A stretch of 64,000 nt of DNA, from contig CAVQJC010000020.1 in NCBI GenBank assembly GCA_963712745.1, positions 96,001-160,000 of the forward strand, given 5' to 3'. The notes beneath the pieces were generated by a model. It worked only from the letters and a program-made list of their open reading frames with translations, searched no databases and was not told the origin of the DNA. A program made the position numbers and the translations under genes. Positions 40,375 through 49,628 of this stretch are shown here, piece after piece. How positions within the stretch are numbered: the stretch's first letter is position 1; each line of letters starts with the position of its first letter. Source of the stretch: an uncultured Chloroflexia bacterium (lineage in GTDB: Bacteria > Chloroflexota > Limnocylindria > Limnocylindrales > CSP1-4).

Positions 40375-41199
40375 CTAGCGGGGTCGCGGTCGCGCGAGCT
40401 TGCGGTCACGGCGTGCACCCGCTTCGCCCGTGTCGCCGACATCGCGCCAGCGCTTGGGTGACTTCGGCGCGTGGGCCGGCACGGTCCGGACCTGCCTGAG
40501 CCAGCCGGCACGGCCGTCGGCTGTGACCACCCCGAGCCAGCGCTCCCCGCGTGTGGTGGTCTTGGCGGCTTGCACCCGCAGCACCTGACCGTCCCGAAGC
40601 TGTCCACGCTCGGGCCAGAGACGTCCGCCGACCGACAGCCTCAGCCGCTGCTCGCTGCCCGAGCGACGCCAGTCGCCCTTGCGCGCGCGAGAGCTGGTCC
40701 GCGCGGGCATCGGTGCGCCACCCTCGGGTGCCCGTCTGCGAAGGCGCATGATGTTGGTCACGTAGCCCCTGGCGTAGGCCGACCAGTACATCTCCGGGTC
40801 GGTCTTGCCGGTGAGCCACCAGTAGGCCACGCGCTTCCACGAACCGAGCCAGCCGAAGAGGTCGCGCAGCTTGCCGTAGGCCACTCGTTCCTGGTTGTAG
40901 GGCGTCTGGTCGGCCCGGCGGTCGCCGAGGTACTTCCCGGCCCACGAGGGCCAGTTGAAGGGCATGATCTGGTACTTGCCGAAAGCACCTGAGCTGCGGT
41001 TGCGCGCGTAGTAGTCCCAGCCCGACTCCTGGCCGGCCATGGCCCACATGAAACGGGTGATGTCGTCTCGGCCGGGGCTGCCGGCCATGGCGCTCCCACC
41101 CGCGGCCAGGCCCAGGCCACCAGCCACGATGACGGCCGCGAGGACGAGCACGGCAAGGCGGCCGAACCGCGGCAGGGACAGGCTTGCGGGCTGGGGCAT
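40375..41199 (-). CDS. Secreted lytic transglycosylase-like protein with C-terminal SH3-like domain
   Basis: Signal/TM; QESGWDY, SGAFGKYQIMP, YVTNIM; WLGVVTADGRAGWL. Confidence 0.78.
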   Translation of the reverse strand: MPQPASLSLPRFGRLAVLVLAAVIVAGGLGLAAGGSAMAGSPGRDDITRFMWAMAGQESGWDYYARNRSSGAFGKYQIMPFNWPSWAGKYLGDRRADQTPYNQERVAYGKLRDLFGWLGSWKRVAYWWLTGKTDPEMYWSAYARGYVTNIMRLRRRAPEGGAPMPARTSSRARKGDWRRSGSEQRLRLSVGGRLWPERGQLRDGQVLRVQAAKTTTRGERWLGVVTADGRAGWLRQVRTVPAHAPKSPKRWRDVGDTGEAGARRDRKLARPRPR

Positions 41200-41376
41200 G
41201 GACGACGGTTCCTCCACCGGACACGGACGGTCGGACTGACGCACAGCCTCGCCATCGCCGGGGCCGTCGGCAAGGGGACGATGGTCGGGTTCGGGGGTGG
41301 TCCTGTGGGGCCTGGTGCGGGCAGGAGCGGTTGGCCAGCGCAGCGTCGACAGAGCGGGACTGGGCGCTGCCGCCGG

Positions 41377-42600
41377 TCAGGGCCGGCGGCCAGCTTCGGC
41401 CAGCCGGATGGCATGGCGCAGCGGGACATCGTCGCTGTCCTCGAACTCGACCGCCGTCAGACCGACCAGATCGCCCGGCCCGAGCCGCGCCGCGCCCAGG
41501 GGCAGCGCGACCTCCTCGTCGGGGGCGAGACCGACCCGGAAGATCTCCTCGCCATCGGGCGTCAGCCACTCGCGCACGCCCAGGCGCAGCGCTGAGCCGT
41601 CACTGAGGCGCAGCGTGTTGAGGATGGTGCCGGTACCGAAGGTCTGTTGACCTACCACCAGCGCGCGTTCGTTATCGCGGAGCGCTGCCGCCAGGATCTC
41701 GCCACTGCTGGCCGTGCCATAGTCCACGAGCACGATCACCGGCAGGTCGGCTGTGATCGCCTGGCCGGGGTCGACGCGGATCTCGACTGCTTCCTCGTCA
41801 CGGCCCCGCTCGAGATAGGCCACGCCCTCGTCGAGAAAGGCGCTGGCTGCGTCGAGCGCCTCGGTCACCAGGCCCCCTGGATTGCCGCGCAGATCGAGCA
41901 CCATCCCGGTCGCTCCCAGGTCCAGGGCATCCTGGACCGCCTCGCGGACCTGGCGCCCAGCGCCGCCCGAGAACTGCACCACCCGGATGACCGCGGCGTC
42001 CGAGCCCGGCGCCATAGCCCACGCCACCGGATCCACCTCGACGTCCTGGCGGCGGATGCTGATGGTGTCCCGGGCCCCCGACCCGGGGCGCTCGACGCCC
42101 AGGCGAACCACCGAGCCGGGCGCCCCGCGTACGCGGTCGGCCAGTTCCCCCAGGGGCAAGCGAGCCGTCTCCTGGTCGTCGACCGCGGCGATGACGTCGC
42201 CGGCCCGCAATCCCGCCAGGTCGGCCGGCGAGCCGTCGATGACGGCCACGATCAACGGCGCGGCCGAGCGCTGGTCGAGCACAACACCGATGCCGGCGAT
42301 CCGGCCATCCAGGACGTCCAGCTCGATCTCGTATTCCTCCGCGGTGAGGTAGCGAGTGTGGCCGTCGTCGCCAAGTGCATCGATCATGCCGCGGATGGCC
42401 CCTACGCTGAGCTTCTCGGTCGTCAGCACGTCGTCGTCGACGTACCGCTCCTGCAGCACCTCGATGACCTCGGCGATGAGCTCCTCGTCGAGCACGGTTG
42501 CCGCAGGCTCCTCGGCCGCGACGGCCCAGGCCGGTGCCAAGCCGAGTCCGAGTGCCAGCGCGAGGCCGCTGAGGGCGACTGATGAGGGCGGTCCGATCAT
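41377..42600 (-). CDS. Carboxyl-terminal processing protease (S41) with PDZ domain
   Basis: GSPADLAGLRAGD, LDLRGNPGG, TASSGE, TFGTG. Confidence 0.92.
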   Translation of the reverse strand: MIGPPSSVALSGLALALGLGLAPAWAVAAEEPAATVLDEELIAEVIEVLQERYVDDDVLTTEKLSVGAIRGMIDALGDDGHTRYLTAEEYEIELDVLDGRIAGIGVVLDQRSAAPLIVAVIDGSPADLAGLRAGDVIAAVDDQETARLPLGELADRVRGAPGSVVRLGVERPGSGARDTISIRRQDVEVDPVAWAMAPGSDAAVIRVVQFSGGAGRQVREAVQDALDLGATGMVLDLRGNPGGLVTEALDAASAFLDEGVAYLERGRDEEAVEIRVDPGQAITADLPVIVLVDYGTASSGEILAAALRDNERALVVGQQTFGTGTILNTLRLSDGSALRLGVREWLTPDGEEIFRVGLAPDEEVALPLGAARLGPGDLVGLTAVEFEDSDDVPLRHAIRLAEAGRRP

Positions 42601-42890
42601 GGCCGCATCATCGGCCAGATGGCGCGAGTGTGCAGCAGGCCCCGCATGCTGGACCACCTCGTTGACCGATCGTGGACAGGCATTGTGGATCGATCGTGGA
42701 CGGAGCTGCACCGGATCCTCGAATCTCGTGGAGAACCCTATTGCCCCACCACGGCCGCTTGCCTATCGTAGGTATCAGCCCGGAGGGGTCATCGAAACGG
42801 AGCCGGAGAGGCTGGTCCGCCAGTCACTCAGGCATCGGGACGGAGATCTCGCCGGGCTCTTTCGTGGCCGCGGAATCCTGCAGGCTAGGT

Positions 42891-42925
42891 GTGACACGGT
42901 AGCTGGCACGGCCGTCGCGCAACGT
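42891..42925 (+). promoter_or_regulatory. Conserved promoter motif, copy 1
   Basis: gtgacacggtagctggcacgg; CTGGCAC-N10-CAACGT. Confidence 0.6.
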
Positions 42926-42977
42926 GTGTCCCAGGCCGGTGCTTGCCGGCCGTCGAAAGAGCCCGGAGGACACACAG

Positions 42978-43130
42978 ATGGTCACGCTCACCTGCCCCTG
43001 GTGCGACGAGACATCCCTCCTCGCCTTCACGGAGCTGACAGAGTGCGAGGCGTCCTTCACCTGCGCCGAGTGCGGGACCTCGGTCGCCTTCGTAGACGAG
43101 CCGGAGATCGACCTCGAGCTGGCCGCCTGA
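42978..43130 (+). CDS. Small acidic Zn-ribbon protein (50 aa)
   Basis: GGAGG RBS; CPWC and CAEC; C-terminal ELAA. Confidence 0.78.
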   Translation: MVTLTCPWCDETSLLAFTELTECEASFTCAECGTSVAFVDEPEIDLELAA

Positions 43131-44240
43131 TCAGACCAGTCGCGGCGAGCGAGCCTGGATCTCTGCCTTGATGCGCTCGTAGCCGGGCTTGATGACGCCG
43201 TTGATGAGACGGAGTCGTTCATCGAAGGCTAGGAACGACGACTTCATGGCGTTGGTCGTGAGCCACTGCATCTCGTCGAGGCCGATGTCGAAGGCATCCA
43301 TCAGCACCATGAACTCATCAGTCAGGGTGACGCCGCTCATCAGCCGGTTGTCGGTGTTGACCGTCACGCGGTAGCGCAGGCGTCGCAGCAGATCGATGGG
43401 ATGCTGCTCGATCGACGGCACCGCCCCGGTGTGCACGTTGGAGGTAGGACACATCTCCAGGGGCACGCGGTTGTCGCGCACGAACTGCGCTAGGCGGCCC
43501 ATCCGGACATCGCCCTCCGCTCCCACGCTGATGTCATCTACGATCCGAACGCCGTGGCCAAGTCGTTCCGCCCCGCACCACTGCAGCGCCTCCCAGATCG
43601 AGGGCAGGCCAAAGGCCTCGCCAGCGTGGATCGTGATGTGGAAGTTCTCCCGATGGATGAGCTGGAAGGCGTCGAGATGGCGGCTCGGCGGGAAGCCATC
43701 CTCAGGCCCAGCGATGTCGAACCCGACCGTGCCCCGATCGCGGTAACGAACGGACAGCTCGGCGATCTCGACCGAGCGGGCGAACTGCCGCATGGCCGTG
43801 ACGATGGCGCGGATGACGATGGGATGCCCAGCCCCTGCGGCTGCCTGCGCCCCCTGCTCGAAGCCATCGAGCCAGGCCTCCATGACCTCGTCGAGCGAGA
43901 GGCCCCCCTGTGTCGAAAGCTCCGGCGCGTAGCGGACCTCCGCATAGACGATGCCGTCCGCGGCCAGATCCTGGGCGCACTCCGAGGCCACGCGGGCGAT
44001 GGCGGCGGGCGTCTGCATCACGCCGACGGTGTGCGTGAAGCCTTGGAGATACAGCTCCAGCGAACCGCGGTCGGCGCCCGAACGGAACCAGCTGCCGAGC
44101 TCATCGGGGTCCTCGGTGGGCAGGCCGGCATAGCCGCCATCCCGGGCCAGATCGATGACCGTGGTGGGCCGCAGCCCGCCGTCGAGGTGATCATGAAGCA
44201 GCACCTTGGGCGCGCTGCGGACAGTCTCCCTAGCGAACAT
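43131..44240 (-). CDS. add: Adenosine deaminase (actinobacterial type)
   Basis: PKVLLHDHLDGG, GFDIAGPE, HAGEAFG, CPTSN, NTDNRLMS. Confidence 0.93.
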   Translation of the reverse strand: MFARETVRSAPKVLLHDHLDGGLRPTTVIDLARDGGYAGLPTEDPDELGSWFRSGADRGSLELYLQGFTHTVGVMQTPAAIARVASECAQDLAADGIVYAEVRYAPELSTQGGLSLDEVMEAWLDGFEQGAQAAAGAGHPIVIRAIVTAMRQFARSVEIAELSVRYRDRGTVGFDIAGPEDGFPPSRHLDAFQLIHRENFHITIHAGEAFGLPSIWEALQWCGAERLGHGVRIVDDISVGAEGDVRMGRLAQFVRDNRVPLEMCPTSNVHTGAVPSIEQHPIDLLRRLRYRVTVNTDNRLMSGVTLTDEFMVLMDAFDIGLDEMQWLTTNAMKSSFLAFDERLRLINGVIKPGYERIKAEIQARSPRLV

Positions 44241-44310
44241 GCCTGCGATGGTACCGCCGATGACGTCCGCTCCGTTCGGTGATACTTCCGGGGTGAGCGA
44301 TGCCGGCCTG

Positions 44311-45096
44311 ATGCGCGTGACCTTCCTCGGCCACGCCACGATCCTGATCGAGATGGACGGGGTGCGTGTGCTGACCGACCCGCTGCTGCGGCAGCGCGTG
44401 GGGCCGCTCACGCGCAGATCCGGGCCGCCCGCACGCGAGCTGTGGTCGGACATCGACGCGGTGCTCATCTCCCACTCCCACTGGGACCACCTCGACTACG
44501 GCTCGCTCAAGCTGCTCGGCCTCGACGTCACCATCCTGGCCCGCACCGGCATGGCCGGGGAGCTGCGGCGGCGGGGCTTCACGCAGATCATCGAGCTCGG
44601 AGTCGGCGACGAGCATGCCGTCGGGGCCGTGCGCGTCGAGGCCGTCCATGCCGAACACAAGGGTTTCGGGCCACCGGTCGGCGGCACCGAGCTCTGCCTC
44701 GGTTTCATCGTGCACGGCAGCCAACACGTCTATTTCGCCGGTGACACTGCCTTCTTCGACGGCATGGCCGACTTCGACACCGGACTCGACGTGGCCCTGC
44801 TGCCGGTGTGGGGCTGGGGACCGACGGCCAAGCCCAGCGAGCACCTCGACCCCATGGGTGCGGCCCGGGCGGCGGCCGTCATCAAGCCGCGCATCGCGGT
44901 GCCCATCCACTGGGGCACGTTGCATCCCCTGGGTCTGAGCTGGATGCGGCCATCGACCCGTATCGACCCACCACACCAGTTCGCTCAGCTGGTGCGTCGG
45001 TTGTCGCCCGACACCATCGTGCGGGTCCTGCCCAACGGAGGTTCGCTGGAGGTGCCGCCCGCCTCACATCGCTCGGTCGGGCGGAGTACCAGCTAA
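44311..45096 (+). CDS. MBL-fold metallo-hydrolase
   Basis: LGHAT, LTDP, SHSHWDHLD, FAGDT, PIHWGT. Confidence 0.9.
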   Translation: MRVTFLGHATILIEMDGVRVLTDPLLRQRVGPLTRRSGPPARELWSDIDAVLISHSHWDHLDYGSLKLLGLDVTILARTGMAGELRRRGFTQIIELGVGDEHAVGAVRVEAVHAEHKGFGPPVGGTELCLGFIVHGSQHVYFAGDTAFFDGMADFDTGLDVALLPVWGWGPTAKPSEHLDPMGAARAAAVIKPRIAVPIHWGTLHPLGLSWMRPSTRIDPPHQFAQLVRRLSPDTIVRVLPNGGSLEVPPASHRSVGRSTS

Positions 45097-45111
45097 TGGG
45101 TCCCGACCAGG

Positions 45112-46222
45112 ACTGAGTGATCAGACTGGTCACCGAGCCGGGCCACCGGGTGAGCACTGAGTACAGCCGGACCCTCCGAGTCCCAGGGCTAGAGCGTGCC
45201 CCCGGTGGTCGGCGAGGACGGTCGAGATGGCTGCTGGGGTGGCGTGCCGATCGAGCACTGGTCCATCAGCTCGCCGCGACCCTCCTCCTGCGGCTCCGCA
45301 CGAGCGAAGGGAGGACGGGACGATGATCTTCGTCGGCATCGACTGGGCCGAGGCGCACCACGACGTGTGCGTGCTCGACGACCGCGGGGAGGTGCTGGCC
45401 ACGCGGCGGGTCTCCGAAGGCCTCGAGGGCGTGGCCCGGATGCACGCCCTCTTCGGCGAGCATGCCGACGAGCCCGAGGCGGTGATCGTCGGCATCGAGA
45501 CCGACCGGGGCCTGCTCGTCACCGCCCTGCTCGCGGCCGGCTATACGGTCCACGCGGTCAACCCCCTCGCCGCTTCCCGCTACCGGGAGCGCCACACGGC
45601 GAGTCGGGCCAAGCCCGACCGCGGCGATGCTCATGTCCTCGCCGATCTCGTGCGCACGGACCGTCACCACCATCGGGTCGTCGCTCCCGACAGCGAGCTG
45701 CACGGCGCCATCAAGGTCCTCGCCCGCAGCCATCAGAACCTCGTCTGGACCCGGCAGCGCCAGACCAGCGCGCTGCGCAGCGCCTTGCGCGAGTACTACC
45801 CCGGAGCCCTCGCCGCCTTCGAGGAGCTCGCCCATCCTGATGCGCTCGCGGTGCTGAGGGTGGCGCCCGACCCCGAACGAGGACGACGGCTCAGCGAAGC
45901 CCGCATCGTCTCGCTCCTGCGGCGGGCTGGCCGGCAGCGCAACCTCGAGCGACGGGCTCGCGAGATCCGTTCGGCGCTGCAGGTCCCGCAGCTGGCGGCG
46001 CCAGCGCTGGTGGTTGAGGCCCAGGCGGCCAACGCGGTCGCGCTCGTGGCGGTCATCGCCACGCTGAACGAGCAGATAACCCGGCTCGAGGCCGAGCTCG
46101 TCGACGCCTTCGGTCGACACCCGGACGCCGAGATCCTACGAGGTCTGCCCGGACTGGGCGACTTCCTCGGCGCCCGGGTGCTCGCGGAGTTCGGGGATGC
46201 CCCCGACCGCTATGCCGATGCT
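45112..46222 (+). mobile_element. IS110-family element, 3'-truncated
   Basis: About 210-nt non-coding left end followed by a DEDD transposase; similarity to the family ends near 46220. Ends are approximate. Confidence 0.8.
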
Positions 46223-46327
46223 AGCCCGCCGTCGCTTCGCTGCCCCTCGAGCTCGCGCACGAAGGCCGCGACATGGTCGAGCGCGTCGTTGAGCACCGGC
46301 TTGAGGCTATGGCCGACCTTGGGGTAG
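45323..46327 (+). pseudogene. IS110 transposase lacking most of the C-terminal Tnp domain
   Basis: FVGIDWAEAHHDV, GIETDRG, KPDRGDA, LPGLG...ARVLAEFGD...RYAD, then runs into the antisense strand of the neighbouring gene. Confidence 0.8.
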
Positions 46328-46770
46328 GTCACCAGCCGCGCCGAAGGCAGTCGCTCCTCCAGGGCGCGTCGGAGCAGGTCCAACCTGGCGAACGGGTCGG
46401 ACTCTCCTGAGAACAGCAGGACCGGCAGCCCCTCCAGGCGGCCCCAATGTGCGCTCCGAACCTCCCAGTCCGGCTGTCCGGGTCGATGCAGGGGGTAGCT
46501 GAAGCAGACCAGGCCCGCGCAGATACCTTCGGACTCGGCGGCCAGCAGGCTGGCCACGCGTCCGCCGTATGACTGGCCACCGATGACCAGCCGCGATGGT
46601 GACTCCGTCTGGGCCTCGACCTGGGCGCGATAGGCCGGCACCGCTCGCTCGGCCTTGCGCAGAGGCAGGTCGATGGCGCTCGCCGGCACGCCTCTGGCCT
46701 CGAGTCCGTCGACGTGCGCCTGCATCGAGGCGGCCTTGCCGGAGGCGCCGTGGGCGATGAGGATGCGCAT
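46210..46770 (-). CDS. Alpha/beta hydrolase
   Basis: AHGA, GGQSYGG, FSYPLH, GESDPF, GH; TACCCT-N6-ATG. Confidence 0.88.
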   Translation of the reverse strand: MRILIAHGASGKAASMQAHVDGLEARGVPASAIDLPLRKAERAVPAYRAQVEAQTESPSRLVIGGQSYGGRVASLLAAESEGICAGLVCFSYPLHRPGQPDWEVRSAHWGRLEGLPVLLFSGESDPFARLDLLRRALEERLPSARLVTYPKVGHSLKPVLNDALDHVAAFVRELEGQRSDGGLASA

Positions 46771-46791
46771 GGCTGGAGGGTAGCCCACCGC

Positions 46792-46826
46792 GTGACACGC
46801 TAGCTGGCACGGGCCTGGGCCATGGT
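46792..46826 (+). promoter_or_regulatory. Conserved promoter motif, copy 2
   Basis: gtgacacgctagctggcacgg; CTGGCAC-N10-CATGGT-N6-ATG. Confidence 0.6.
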
Positions 46827-46832
46827 GGAGCC

Positions 46833-48116
46833 ATGGAAACCGCCACCATCGTCGCGCTGCCGGACCACGCGAGCGAACCGGGGCACGTACGCCTCGACGG
46901 AAACCGGGTGGTCATCGAGGACCTCGCAGTCATCGACCCCGGTCTCGCCGCCTTCCTCGCCGTGCGGCCGCCCGCAGACCGCCCGGCCTTGGTGTCGCGT
47001 GCTCTGCGTATCGGCCTGCTGGCACTGCAGGATGCTGGCGCGTCACTAGATGTCGATGCGGTCCGACGCGAGTTCGAGGCGATGCTGCGGCAGACCGAGT
47101 CACTCAACGAGCGCGTGACTGCGCAGGTCGACGAGGTCATGCGCCAGAACTTCGCCGATGGCGACGGTCGTCTGCCCCGCACCCTGGAGACGTTCCTCGG
47201 CGACCGGGGCCAGTTGCGGACGTTCACTCGCGAGCTCTTCGACGAGGAGCGCCGCGACTCGGCTATCGGGCGGATGCGCGTCCTACTCGGCAGCTATTTC
47301 GAGGGCGACGCGTCCCGCCTGGCCCAGCTGCTCGACCCCACGCGCATGGGCTCCCCGCTTCACCAGTTCCGCAGCGAAGTGAGCAAGGGTTTCGAGGCAC
47401 TGAACGACCGCCTCACGGCCATCGAGGCGGCGTCGGCCGCGCGCGCCGGTGAACGAGCCCGCTCCGCGGCCAAGGGGGCCGACTTCGAGGACCTCCTTGA
47501 AGCCATGCTGGCCGAGGCCATGCGCGGCACCGACCACCTCGTCGAGCGGACGACGGACGCGGCCGGCAACGTCCTCCGCTCCAAGAAAGGCGACTTCGTG
47601 GTCACCATCGACCCGACCACGACACGTGGGGCCAGCGTGCGCGTGGTGGTCGAGTGCAAGGACCGCGCCATCTCGGGGCGAGCCATGCGGGACGAGCTGG
47701 GAGAGGCCAAGCGCAACCGCGACGCCGCGGTCGGCCTGGTCGTCTTCAGTGCGGCACACGCACCGGCCGGGATCGCTCCATTCGACGTGCGCCTGGGTGA
47801 CGTCTACTGCGCCATCGACCCGGAGGACCCCGAGCCGGCTGATCTCCACGCTGCGCTGCGCCTCGCACGCCTGTTGGCCCTGGCCTCGACCCGGGACGCA
47901 GACATCGAGGTGGACTCAGGGGCCGTCCAGGCAGCGCTCGAGCGCGTCCGGGCGGAGCTCGACGCGGTGCGCGGACTCAAGACCAAGCTGACGACCATCG
48001 GCACCGCGGCCAAAGCGGTAAGCGCCGGGCTGGATCAGCTGCGCGACGGCATACTCGCGCGCATCGGAGAGGCTGAAGCCGAACTGCGGGTGGGAGACGG
48101 ACCACCAGCGGCGTGA
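46833..48116 (+). CDS. Coiled-coil protein with PD-(D/E)XK nuclease-like domain (RmuC/DUF2130-like)
   Basis: KGADFED...KGDFVV...VVECKD...KRNRDA flanked by coiled coils. Confidence 0.72.
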   Translation: METATIVALPDHASEPGHVRLDGNRVVIEDLAVIDPGLAAFLAVRPPADRPALVSRALRIGLLALQDAGASLDVDAVRREFEAMLRQTESLNERVTAQVDEVMRQNFADGDGRLPRTLETFLGDRGQLRTFTRELFDEERRDSAIGRMRVLLGSYFEGDASRLAQLLDPTRMGSPLHQFRSEVSKGFEALNDRLTAIEAASAARAGERARSAAKGADFEDLLEAMLAEAMRGTDHLVERTTDAAGNVLRSKKGDFVVTIDPTTTRGASVRVVVECKDRAISGRAMRDELGEAKRNRDAAVGLVVFSAAHAPAGIAPFDVRLGDVYCAIDPEDPEPADLHAALRLARLLALASTRDADIEVDSGAVQAALERVRAELDAVRGLKTKLTTIGTAAKAVSAGLDQLRDGILARIGEAEAELRVGDGPPAA

Positions 48117-48126
48117 CGTCAGGCCC

Positions 48127-49018
48127 TCAGCCGCCGACCGGCCGCCAGGGTGTCACCGAAGTGATGGCCGCCCGCAGCTCGTCGCTGCCGATGACCCCGG
48201 TGAACTTGGCGTGCACCCTGCCTTCGCGGTCGATGACGAATACCCACGGCGGCTCGGCGATGCCCCAGGCCTCGGCGTAGTCGGTGAGCACGGCCGGACC
48301 TTCCGGCGGGTCCAGCTCGAGCATGTCGCCATCGGTTCCCATGGCCATGTGCCATGGCTCAGCGTGGATGATGGTCAGCCCGGGGTAGTCGATGAAGACC
48401 TCGTGGAGGATGCCCAGAGCGCCGCCGCAGGCCGCGTTGGGCCTGAAAGCGTAGGAGTCCATGACGAAGACCGTCGGCTGGCGCTGGCTGATGGCGTCAT
48501 CGAGGGACCAGGTGTAGAACGCGGTCAGCGGCTCGGGATCGGAGCTGATGTGGTGCATCAGGCTGTGGGCGTCACGCATGGTGGGCGTGTCCCCGCCGGG
48601 TGCCTGGGACCCGAGAGGCGGCGTGCCCATGTCGGGCGAGACATCAAGTGACGCACGGCCCTCGTGCCCGACAGCAGCGACATCGGCCTGAACGTCGACG
48701 GCCCACCGGCCCGTCACGCCCAGCGGTACCCGCGCCCGATAGAGGCGCCGGCCGTAGGTCGCGAAACGTTCGATGGCCGGCGTGGCATGCACTCGTGAAC
48801 CGTCCGGGCCGGTCAGCACCAGGTCCAACGTCACCCCGTCGTCAGCCAGGGACTCACCTGTGGATGTGTCGTACACGCTGAGCAGGACGTCGTTGGTGCC
48901 GACCCAGTGCTGTGTCGAATTCGAGCACCACATCCAGGCGCCCATCGGGTTCCTCGACAGCGGCCACGGACGCGCTCACGAGCAGGAGAAGCAGGACCAC
49001 GGTCAGAGATGCACGCAC
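48127..49018 (-). pseudogene. Secreted thioredoxin-like-fold protein with a frameshift near 48915
   Basis: Signal peptide (MRASLTVVLLLLLVSASVAA) is in one frame; the body (QHWVGTND...EPPWVFVIDREG) is in another. Confidence 0.6.
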
Positions 49019-49075
49019 ACCGGACACGCTAACTCGTCATCGGTGACATCGCTGCTGGCGAGTACCGTCTCGAGT

Positions 49076-49570
49076 CTATGGATCGTCGCCAGGCCGCGCG
49101 GACGGCCGTACGACGAGGACCGGGCACTCCGCGTGCCGGACCACATGATCGGAGACCGATCCGAGCAGCATGCGCTCTGCGCCGCTGCGGCCGCGCGTGC
49201 CCACGACGACGAGGTCGGCGTCCTCGGCTTCGGCGGCCGCCGCGATGGAGTCCCCCGGATCCCCCTCCCACACCAGGAACTCCGCGGTCACACCGGCATC
49301 GCGCGCGCCACGCACGGTCTTGACCAACAGCGTCTCCCGCTCCGCACGTGCTTGGTCCACGCGCTCATGGGAACCGCCACCCGAGAGCCGGCGCTTCTCG
49401 AGGACGTTCACGATGAGCAGGCGCGCCTCGAGGCGGCTGGCCAGGTCGATGGCACGTTCGGTCGCCTCACGCGAGGCCGTGGTGAGGTCGGTGGCCAGCA
49501 GGATCGTTCGAATGGGACGCACGTTCACCCCAGCGTCGGGGGCAGAGTACGGCTCGGCGTAGGGACTCAT
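49076..49570 (-). CDS. Universal stress protein
   Basis: ILLATD, GDPG, DLVVVGTRG, LLGSVS, CPVLVVR. Confidence 0.93.
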   Translation of the reverse strand: MSPYAEPYSAPDAGVNVRPIRTILLATDLTTASREATERAIDLASRLEARLLIVNVLEKRRLSGGGSHERVDQARAERETLLVKTVRGARDAGVTAEFLVWEGDPGDSIAAAAEAEDADLVVVGTRGRSGAERMLLGSVSDHVVRHAECPVLVVRPSARPGDDP

Positions 49571-49628
49571 GGACCCTTTCTGCGGTCACACAGGCCTGCA
49601 AGGCCCGAGCCGCCTGCCTCATAGACGC

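Noticed and set aside
42777-42860. Glycine riboswitch or tRNA
   Set aside because: It has GGAGA and CTCAGG words but lacks the CCGAAG/P3 order; there is no T-loop or cloverleaf, and the downstream gene is unrelated to glycine.
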